Origin: Synechococcus elongatus PCC 6301
GTDB lineage: Bacteria; Cyanobacteriota; Cyanobacteriia; Synechococcales; Synechococcaceae
Length of the DNA stretch: 32,000 bases
Assembly: GCF_000010065.1 (NCBI RefSeq)
Contig: NC_006576.1
Span: 2,040,001-2,072,000, forward strand
Direction: 5' to 3'
The position numbers were made by a program, and so were the translations under genes. This document shows positions 18,635 through 25,964 of the stretch, in pieces (position 1 is the first letter of the stretch; each line of letters begins with the position of its first letter). Below the pieces are notes generated by a model. It searched no databases. It was not told the DNA's origin and saw nothing but the letters and a program-made list of their open reading frames with translations.

Positions 18635-18976
18635 ATGGATTTACTGGTGACTTGGCTGGTGACCGCTTTTGCCCTGCTGATTGTGGCTTGGTTGCCTACT
18701 GGCGTCGAAATTGATGGTTTTGGCAAAGCCCTCGTTGCCGCTCTGGTCTTTGGCCTGCTGAATGCTTTGGTCAAGCCGGTACTTCAGGTTTTGGCGCTGC
18801 CGCTCAATATTTTGACCCTTGGTCTCTTCAGCTTTGTAGTCAATGCAGCTGTGTTTGCCTTGGCCGCAACTTTAGTCAGTGGCTTCAGCCTGCGCAATGG
18901 TTTTTGGTCAGCCTTGTTGGGTTCGATCGCCCTCAGCCTCGTTTCGCGGCTCTTGGGTCTGATTCTGCCGAGCTAG
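18635..18976 (+). CDS. Phage holin family / DUF360-like membrane protein
   Basis: 113-aa, four hydrophobic helices: NALVKPVLQVLALPLNILTLGLFSFVVNAAVF is the conserved core of this bacterial and cyanobacterial family. Confidence 0.8.
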   Translation: MDLLVTWLVTAFALLIVAWLPTGVEIDGFGKALVAALVFGLLNALVKPVLQVLALPLNILTLGLFSFVVNAAVFALAATLVSGFSLRNGFWSALLGSIALSLVSRLLGLILPS

Positions 18977-18996
18977 ATGGCAAACGGGGTCTTCTC

Positions 18997-19869
18997 CTAG
19001 CGAGCAAATAGGCCTTGGGGCCGGATCACCAGCACGCCAATCAAGATGACAAAGGCAACGGCAAGCTTGTATTCCGCTGGCAGCCAGTAAGTGCTGAGTT
19101 CTTGGGCAAATCCCAGAATCAGCCCTCCTGCGATCGCACCGTAAGGGCTACCAATCCCTCCGAGGATGGCGCTGGCAAACAGCGGCAGGATCAAATTCCA
19201 GCCCATAGTGGGACGGACAGCAGTGATCAATCCGTAGAGGCCCCCTGCGATCGCTGTCAGACCGCCCGCAATCACCCAAGTCCAGCGGATCACGGTTTCG
19301 ACTGGTACGCCACTGACCCGTGCCAGGTCGGGGTCATCAGCGATCGCTCGCATGCCCTTGCCGATGCTGGTGCGCTGCAAAACCCAGTGCAACAGAACCA
19401 AAGCGGCAGCTGCCCCAATCACCACGAGGAGGCTATTGAGCGTGATCCTGAGTCCCCAGAGGGTTAAGGCCGGTTGGACTGCCAGCCGGTAGGCCTGATT
19501 GCCCGCGCCCCAAATCAAAATCACCAGATTGCGCAGGAACAGCGACAGGCCAATAGTCAGGATGATCAGAGTGGTGGTGTTCACCCGTTGCCGCCGCAGC
19601 GGTTCCCACAAAACTGCTTCGCCCAGCAAGCAAAGTGCGATCGTCGCGATCGCCCCGAGAGGAATGGCCAGCCAGAGACTGAGCCCAAGGCTGTTGGCAA
19701 CCAACGTGAAGTAAGCGCCGAGGGTCAAAAACTCGCCTTGGGCAAAATTGGTCAGTCGCAGGATGCCGTAGATCAAGGTCAGACCCGTTGCGGCTAGGGC
19801 CAGGAGGCTGCCGGTCGCCAGTCCATTGATGGCCAATTGAGCCAGTTGTGAGAGGTCTGGGCTTGCCAT
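18997..19869 (-). CDS. Branched-chain/neutral amino acid ABC transporter permease, LivH-like
   Basis: NGLATGSLLALAATGLTLIYGILRLTNFAQGEFLTLGAY..., GVPVETVIRWTWVIAGGLTAIAGGLYGL, FASAILGGIGSPYGAIAGGLILG. The MASPDL start at 19869 is preferred over 19950, which overlaps the divergent gene. Confidence 0.9.
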   Translation of the reverse strand: MASPDLSQLAQLAINGLATGSLLALAATGLTLIYGILRLTNFAQGEFLTLGAYFTLVANSLGLSLWLAIPLGAIATIALCLLGEAVLWEPLRRQRVNTTTLIILTIGLSLFLRNLVILIWGAGNQAYRLAVQPALTLWGLRITLNSLLVVIGAAAALVLLHWVLQRTSIGKGMRAIADDPDLARVSGVPVETVIRWTWVIAGGLTAIAGGLYGLITAVRPTMGWNLILPLFASAILGGIGSPYGAIAGGLILGFAQELSTYWLPAEYKLAVAFVILIGVLVIRPQGLFAR

Positions 19870-19933
19870 CCCAAGCGCTCGATGCAACGTCCTCCAAGTT
19901 TTATCATCAAGGCGCAGACAGAGGCAGGCAGCA

Positions 19934-21079
19934 ATGGATTGGCTCGTCATCGGGGCAGGGTTGACGGGGGTGGCGATCGCCTACGAACTGCAGCGGCAGG
20001 GAGCCAAGGTGCAACTGGTTGATCCCCAGCAGCCCGCCAGCCAAGCCAGTCGCTTTAGTTACGGTGGAGCCCCTTTTTGGTCGGCAAGCCGTCCTGCAAT
20101 CGCGGATCTCTTTGCAGAGAGTCAGCAAATTTATGCAGACCTCAGTGCCGAAACGGGTTTGACCCTCGGCAGCGATCGCCAAATTCTCTTGACCTGTAGC
20201 CACGTCGATCACATTGCGATTGCGCAAGACCTCTTTGCAACCCTTGCTCAACCGCCGCAATTGCTGGATCGCACTGAAGCGATCGCCCAAGAGCCCTTGC
20301 TGGCTGAGGGCAACACAGTGGCTGCCTTCGTGAATTCCCATCCGCTCTACGATCCTGAAACCGTGGTGCAGGCCTACCGCCAAGCCTTTCTCGCGATCGG
20401 AGGACAGGTCTGCTGCGATCGCCTTAAAGCCATTCACCCCCAAGTTCAAGGCAGTCTCGGTACCTACGCTGCCGATCGTCTCGTCATGGCCACGGGTGCA
20501 AGCAGTTACCAGTGGGCGCGATCGCTGGGCTATCGCTGGCCACTCTACTTTAGTCATGCGGAAATTTTGGAAACGCCGCCACTGGATCTACGCCTGCAGG
20601 CAATCGTGATGCCTGCTCTACAACAGCGGTTTCAAATTGAGCAGCAGGCCGGCCAATATGCCTGGGATAGTGATCATCCGCCGGCAGAATTTGTCAGTAT
20701 TCTCGATGCCGGTGCTGTGCAATTGAGCGATCGCCGCTATCGGCTGGGACAAATCAGTCGTCTGGCTGCCAGTCCGGCTGATCAGCTTTCCCCTACGGCT
20801 AGCGAGCAGTCGATTCGTTCTGCCCTCGCCCCCGTTTTGCCGGCGGTCAGTGTCCTACCGGGCGATCGCCATCACTGCTGTGTCAGCTTCAGTACTGACG
20901 GCTTACCCATCGCAGGCAATACCCCAGAACATCCGCAAATCTATTGGTTTACCGGCGTCAGTGGACCCTTTGCGTGGGTTCCTGGACTCGCTCGCGCCTT
21001 AGCTCAGACTTGGCTGCAAGCGGCAGGAGACAACGGAATTTGGTCAGCACTCTCACCGCAGCGCTGGATGTCCCCCTGA
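19934..21079 (+). CDS. FAD-dependent oxidoreductase (DAO / glycine-oxidase-like)
   Basis: MDWLVIGAGLTGVAIAYELQRQGAKVQLVDPQ (Rossmann GxGxxG), RLVMATGASS, and a C-terminal STDGLPIAGNTPEHPQIYWFTGVSGPF of the DAO superfamily. Confidence 0.88.
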   Translation: MDWLVIGAGLTGVAIAYELQRQGAKVQLVDPQQPASQASRFSYGGAPFWSASRPAIADLFAESQQIYADLSAETGLTLGSDRQILLTCSHVDHIAIAQDLFATLAQPPQLLDRTEAIAQEPLLAEGNTVAAFVNSHPLYDPETVVQAYRQAFLAIGGQVCCDRLKAIHPQVQGSLGTYAADRLVMATGASSYQWARSLGYRWPLYFSHAEILETPPLDLRLQAIVMPALQQRFQIEQQAGQYAWDSDHPPAEFVSILDAGAVQLSDRRYRLGQISRLAASPADQLSPTASEQSIRSALAPVLPAVSVLPGDRHHCCVSFSTDGLPIAGNTPEHPQIYWFTGVSGPFAWVPGLARALAQTWLQAAGDNGIWSALSPQRWMSP

Positions 21080-21132
21080 GTTATCGCGGTGCGAGTTCAG
21101 GCTGGGTTTACCAGCTCAAAAGGCGCCGATAC

Positions 21133-21160
21133 CAAGAGTGTGCTGGCACACCTACTTGGG
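21133..21160. promoter_or_regulatory. Imperfect dyad upstream of idiA with perfect core GTGTGC-TG-GCACAC
   Basis: CCAAG-A-GTGTGC-TG-GCACAC-CTA-CTTGG read directly; it lies between the upstream stop codon and the idiA start. Confidence 0.5.
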
Positions 21161-21182
21161 CCTATGGGGTTTCCTAGTGTAA

Positions 21183-22283
21183 ATGCATCACAACCTATCT
21201 CTACCCTCCATGTCTGAATCAATGTTCAGTCGTCGGGACTTTTTGTTGGGCGGGACAGCTCTCGCCGGAACGCTATTACTCGATAGTTTTGGTGACTGGC
21301 GCCGTCGGGCAGAAGCTGCTGAAGGTGAAGTCAATTTGTACTCGGGTCGGCACTACAACACCGACAATCAAATCTATCGGGAATTCACCCAAAAAACAGG
21401 GATTAAAGTCAATCTAATTGAAGGTGAAGCCGATGCACTTTTAGCCCGTCTCAAGAGTGAAGGCAGCCGCAGCCCGGCAGATGTTTTCATTACGGTTGAT
21501 GCGGGGCGCCTTTGGCAAGCGACTCAAGCCAACCTGCTCAGACCACTGACTCAAGCCCAAGCTCCGAAACTGTATCAAGCAGTTCCGGCGAATCTGCGGG
21601 ATCCCCAGGGACGTTGGTTTGCCTTGTCCAAGCGGGCGCGAGTCATTATGTACAACCGCGATCGCGTCAATGCTAGCCAGCTGTCTACCTACGAGGATTT
21701 GGCCAATCCAAAATGGCGCAATCAAATCCTCGTGCGCAGTTCCAGCAACGTCTATAACCTCTCCTTGACCGGTGAGATGATTGCTGCGGATGGTGCGGCC
21801 AAAACTGAGGCTTGGGCGCGGGGGCTTGTCCAAAACTTTGCGCGTCAGCCCCAAGGTGGAGATACCCCGCAAATTCTGGCTTGCGCCGCGGGTGTCGGCT
21901 CTCTGGCAATTGCCAACACCTACTATTTGGTGCGTCTCTTCAAGTCGAAAAAAGCAGAAGAGCGGGAAGCTGCAAGAAAGATTAAAGTCTTCTTCCCCAA
22001 CCAAAAAGGACGGGGCACCCACGTCAACATCAGCGGTGCTGGCATCGTCCGCACGGCCCCGAATCCACGGGCTGCTCAACTGTTACTGGAGTACCTGCTC
22101 AGTAGCCAAGCCCAGGCTGTGTTCGCTAGAGGCAATGGTGAATATCCAGTCTTGCGTGGGGTCTCGCTCGATCCGATTTTGGCAGGCTTTGGTCAATTCA
22201 AAGAATCCAAAATCAGTGCCTCAGTCTTCGGGGCCAATAATGCTCAAGCCCTGCAGTTGATGGATCGTGCTGGCTGGAAATAA
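21183..22283 (+). CDS. idiA: Iron-deficiency-induced protein A, Fe(3+) ABC transporter substrate-binding family
   Basis: Tat-type signal ([18 protein letters not shown]...AEAAEG), then [45 protein letters not shown] of the FutA/IdiA family. Flanked by idiB and idiC homologues. The start may be ATG 21210 or 21222. Confidence 0.93.
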
Positions 22284-22304
22284 GACGTTATTGGATCACT
22301 TCAC

Positions 22305-22345
22305 CTCCTCTCTACAGCAACGCGCGCTGTAGAGAGGAGTTTTTT
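22305..22345 (+). terminator. Strong Rho-independent terminator of idiA
   Basis: Perfect 14-bp stem CTCCTCTCTACAGC (22305-22318) / GCTGTAGAGAGGAG (22326-22339), 7-nt loop, TTTTTT. Confidence 0.92.
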
Positions 22346-22470
22346 ATGGATATTGATATTGTTTTGAGTCGAAGAACTAGGACATTTTAATTGGCACTCA
22401 TCAGCCTAAAGTCGATGATCAATATCGGCTAACTTTACTCACTCAGATTGACTCAGATTGAGTCCTTAAA

Positions 22471-22497
22471 AAGACGTCCAGAACCCCTGGGCGTCTT
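22471..22497 (-). terminator. Putative Rho-independent terminator of idiB (minus strand)
   Basis: AAGACGTCCAG / CTGGGCGTCTT, 11-bp stem with one G-T mismatch and a 5-nt loop. Minus-strand read ends CGTCTTTTTAAGG, giving a T-run after the stem. Confidence 0.8.
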
Positions 22498-22525
22498 CGT
22501 TTGTAACTGCTTGATGGGCGATCGC

Positions 22526-23155
22526 TTAGGCATCTATGGCATCAATCGGTAGGAGCTGATCGATGTTGGTGATCAGCAGTCGCTGACCACTAAGTCGGAT
22601 CAGTCGACCTTCCGTTTCAAACTGATTGATCAGCTTGGTAATGGTGACGCGCGTACTGCCGACAATATCGGCGAGGACCTGATGGGTGAGATGGAGGTCT
22701 AGCATCCAGCCATGTTCGGTGTTGAGCCCGAATCGAATCGTCAGCCAGTGCAGGAGGCGCAGCAGGCGGCTGGGGACTCGGCGCAGTCGAACAATACTGA
22801 GGAGTTCCTCAACTTGCTGGAGTTGCAGGACAAGAGTGCTATCCAGGTTGTCCAAAGGAGCCGTGATCACAGTAGCGGTCACCGGCGTCAGGCATTGCAA
22901 CTCGTAGGGCTGGAGACGCGACAGCGAGCCCCCCACCCAGTCGCCGGGGCCCCAAATACCGAGGGTGATCAGCTCGCCAGCTTCGTCCCAAGTCAGGCTG
23001 CGGACAAATCCAGTTTGAATACACCAAGTGGATTGCACTGGCAGGGGCTCATTGCGACCCCAAAGATGAATTTCAGCCGTTGTCGGCGATCGCAGAGGAA
23101 CCACTTTCCCTCCCACTAGAACAGTTGCTTTGGGGGTTACGTGACTGGCAATCAT
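22526..23155 (-). CDS. idiB: Crp/Fnr-family transcriptional regulator IdiB
   Basis: Cyclic-nucleotide-binding-like fold, then HTH (HLTHQVLADIVGSTRVTITKLINQFETEGRLIRLSGQRLLIT). Position next to and convergent with idiA, with idiC upstream, matches the known S. elongatus locus. Confidence 0.9.
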   Translation of the reverse strand: MIASHVTPKATVLVGGKVVPLRSPTTAEIHLWGRNEPLPVQSTWCIQTGFVRSLTWDEAGELITLGIWGPGDWVGGSLSRLQPYELQCLTPVTATVITAPLDNLDSTLVLQLQQVEELLSIVRLRRVPSRLLRLLHWLTIRFGLNTEHGWMLDLHLTHQVLADIVGSTRVTITKLINQFETEGRLIRLSGQRLLITNIDQLLPIDAIDA

Positions 23156-23251
23156 GATTCAAATCCTTTGCCAAACAGCAGATTGAAATGCAGATCAAAA
23201 AGGTTGGGGCTGGAGTGAGAGCAATGAGTCCAGCCAAAAAATCGGAGCCGT

Positions 23252-23812
23252 TTAGCCCACGGCAGTGCCTGAGACAACCGCTGGGGTTCGCCAGGGCGAA
23301 AGCAGCTCGGCGGCAGCCTGCGGTGAAAGCTGTGACAGAATCTGGTTGTCGGAGCTGCGCCGGACATTGATGCCTTGCTTACAGCGGCCGAGACAACCTC
23401 TCGTTCGCACCTCAACTGCACAGGTTTTTGCTTCAGCCTGCAGGCGATCGCACAATTCCAGCGCGCCGCGTCGGCGACAGGTTCCCCTCGTACAGACTTC
23501 TAAAACAGCTGGTTGGGGCTTGGGGGGTTCCTCAGAGGCAATGAAGGCTGGTAAGCCAGCAGGATCGAATAAAACCCGCTCTGCTTTGAGCTTGGGGGGC
23601 AGATCTAGACCTTGAAAGGACTGCTGACCTTCAATCCGCAGAGGTTGCCCCACTGTCAACTGTTGCCAGGGTAAGTGTCGCAGTGGCTTAGCCAACTTGA
23701 GGGTGTAGCGGTTGCCTCCGTCACTCTGAACGTGAATAAAGCGAATGTTGTCGGGGGTATCGGGATCTTGCAGCCCTAGAAAATACCCCTCTAGGTAGAA
23801 CGGCAGTTTCAT
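23252..23812 (-). CDS. idiC: IdiC, thioredoxin-like [2Fe-2S] ferredoxin-domain protein
   Basis: MKLPFYLEGYFLG...EVCTRGTCRRRGA...VEVRTRGCLGRCKQGINV: paired CxxxxC / CxxxC cysteine motifs typical of NuoE-like thioredoxin-fold ferredoxins. Codirectional with and upstream of idiB. The ORF-track start at 23974 is over-extended. Confidence 0.85.
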   Translation of the reverse strand: MKLPFYLEGYFLGLQDPDTPDNIRFIHVQSDGGNRYTLKLAKPLRHLPWQQLTVGQPLRIEGQQSFQGLDLPPKLKAERVLFDPAGLPAFIASEEPPKPQPAVLEVCTRGTCRRRGALELCDRLQAEAKTCAVEVRTRGCLGRCKQGINVRRSSDNQILSQLSPQAAAELLSPWRTPAVVSGTAVG

Positions 23813-24303
23813 CGTTGTTGCTCGTGGTAGACCGGTAGCTGCCAGCAGCTCTCCAAAAAGCCAGACAAACTGGGGCGATCGCGTTGAATCCACTGGCAAA
23901 TGCTCCAAACCTGCAGCGCTTGGAGCGGCGTTTCGACATAGATCCGCAGTGGCTGGCAGGGGGTGCAGTAGCAATCCAGCGCTAGTTCACAACAGCGGTG
24001 GTAACAATCCCAGCGGCTGGTGCTGTCGAGGTCGAGCTGAATCCAGTGCGAAGAGTGCCGAGAGTCCACAGTCTTGTCCCAATCAAAATTTGTGAATCGA
24101 GAAATTGAAAATATTCAGCAATTAGCAGGTGATGGAGTCCTGTCGATTGGCGATGCGATTCAGGTCTGCCGCACGATTAAAAGTTGAGGGGGGAACCGAA
24201 ATCGGGAAAATAGTTGAGAATGGGTTCCACTCGGCTCAGGAAAGGCCTTCTCAGCCTTGTCTAGAATGGCAACAACAGTTGTTGAAATGCGAGCGAAGCT
24301 GCC

Positions 24304-24834
24304 ATGACGAATACAGGTTTGGTCCAATCCTTTAGCCAAATTGAGCCCAATGTCTTGGGCTTGGAAACATCGGTTACGAGTCAGATTTGTGAAGGTCTGA
24401 ACCGGGCCTTGGCCAGCTTTCAAGTTCTCTATTTGCAGTACCAAAAGCACCACTTCACGGTTCAAGGGGCTGAATTCTACTCGCTCCATGAGTTTTTTGA
24501 AGATAGCTATGGTTCGGTGAAGGATCATGTCCACGACTTGGGTGAGCGCTTGAATGGCTTGGGGGGTGTTCCGGTTGCCCACCCGCTCAAGTTGGCTGAG
24601 CTGACCTGTTTCGCGATTGAAGAAGACGGTGTCTTTAACTGTCGGACGATGCTCGAACACGATCTGGCGGCTGAGCAGGCCATCTTGTCCTTGCTGCGGC
24701 GCTTGACTGCCCAAGTTGAAAGTCTGGGCGATCGCGCAACTCGCTATCTGTTGGAAGGAATTTTGCTGAAGACCGAAGAACGGGCTTATCACATTGCTCA
24801 CTTCTTGGCTCCCGACAGCCTCAAGCTTGCCTAA
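24304..24834 (+). CDS. dpsA: DNA-binding/ferritin-like stress protein DpsA
   Basis: [60 protein letters not shown], the Dps-family ferroxidase signature. Confidence 0.95.
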
Positions 24835-24867
24835 CCTGCAAGTCACTGAATGATTCATCCCCAGAGG

Positions 24868-24898
24868 GGCAGCGAGCTTCAGCCAGCTGCCTTTTTTT
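24868..24898 (+). terminator. Putative Rho-independent terminator of dpsA
   Basis: GGCAGC (24868-24873) ... GCTGCC (24886-24891) followed by TTTTTTT. Confidence 0.7.
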
Positions 24899-25032
24899 GT
24901 GTGGGTCATTGTTCTCGACAGGACAGGACGGAACAAATTCCTTGACAATTGAGAATGAATCCTAACTTTTGACTTATGCAAGACTTTAGCACGTTTTTAT
25001 AGTGGTGCAACTTATTCTCAATAAGCGGCTTA

Positions 25033-25491
25033 CTAGTAGCGACAAGCAGCGCAAATGCCCATGATCAAGAGCTGGCAGTTCAGTAGTTGAAAGCCGTAGC
25101 GATCGGCGATGCCCTCGCTCAGGTGGATGACGCGATCGTCGAGAAACTCAATCACCGCTTGGCAATGCAGGCAGGTGAGGTGGTAGTGAGTACCCTCACG
25201 ATTCAACTCGTAGCAACGTTGCTTACGGTCTAAGGTGATGCAGCGCAGCCAAGCGGCATGGCAGAGGCTCTCGAGACTGCGATAGATGGTGGATTTGGAT
25301 AAGGGGGTTTGGCGATCGCTGAGGTGACGCTGCAGATCAATCGCGCTGAGATGCTCACCCTGAGCCAGTCCCTCAAAAATCTCTGCAATCCAGTAGCGCT
25401 GGGGGGTGAGGCGATACCCTGCCTGCTCCAAAGCACTGCGGAGCGCGGCCACTCGGACTGCCGATAGCGAGGAAACGGTCACTGTTGGCAC
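25033..25491 (-). CDS. Fur-family transcriptional regulator (PerR/Fur-like)
   Basis: ALEQAGYRLTPQRYWIAEIFE...LSKSTIYRSLESL...GTHYHLTCLHCQAVIEF...CAACRY: winged helix plus HxHxxCxxC and C-terminal CxxC. Confidence 0.92.
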   Translation of the reverse strand: MPTVTVSSLSAVRVAALRSALEQAGYRLTPQRYWIAEIFEGLAQGEHLSAIDLQRHLSDRQTPLSKSTIYRSLESLCHAAWLRCITLDRKQRCYELNREGTHYHLTCLHCQAVIEFLDDRVIHLSEGIADRYGFQLLNCQLLIMGICAACRY

Positions 25492-25546
25492 CAGTTGAAA
25501 GTTAATTGCAACTAAAGCAGCGCCAACCTAAGATAAACAGTGTTCG

Positions 25547-25870
25547 ATGTCAACAACAGCTGTTAGTTATTCTCAAGTTCAGCAGGTAAGCATGACGGTG
25601 TTACCCAAAATCTCTCACTTCGGGGGCAATGCTCCGGTGCTGAATTGTGAGGCGGGCATTCGCCTAGCAATCGCCCCGCTCTACTGCGACTTAGCGGTAC
25701 TGGAGTTGCCCCCAGCTGTGCAAGAGGCGCTGCAGTTGCAGTCCCGTCAGCAGATCAGAATTGAGGCGCGGTCGCCCCTCGGGTCTGTACTGGTGCGTAT
25801 TCTTCCCGATCGCCTGATTTCCCTAGGCCCAGATTGGGCAGCGGCGATCGCGGTCCAGAGCCCAGGCTAA
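25547..25870 (+). CDS. Hypothetical protein, divergent from the Fur-family gene
   Basis: 107-aa ATG ORF with protein-like composition and no recognised motif. Confidence 0.6.
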   Translation: MSTTAVSYSQVQQVSMTVLPKISHFGGNAPVLNCEAGIRLAIAPLYCDLAVLELPPAVQEALQLQSRQQIRIEARSPLGSVLVRILPDRLISLGPDWAAAIAVQSPG

Positions 25871-25964
25871 ATCGACTGTTGCGATCACCGGTCCGGCGAT
25901 CGCCCGTTGTCTTAGACAGCAGGATATTGACCCATTCCTGGATGGGAGAGTGATCGCTTTGGCC

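Noticed and set aside
19433-19897. 154-aa minus-strand ORF in the ABC permease gene
   Set aside because: Out-of-frame shadow of the LivH-like CDS on the same strand.
24160-24981. 273-aa minus-strand ORF across dpsA
   Set aside because: Fully antisense to the well-supported dpsA CDS and reads through its terminator. No coherent domain.
24301-25035. Possible mobile element or island boundary in the iron-stress block
   Set aside because: No transposase, integrase, tRNA or terminal repeats seen. Gene content matches the known chromosomal idi/dpsA locus.
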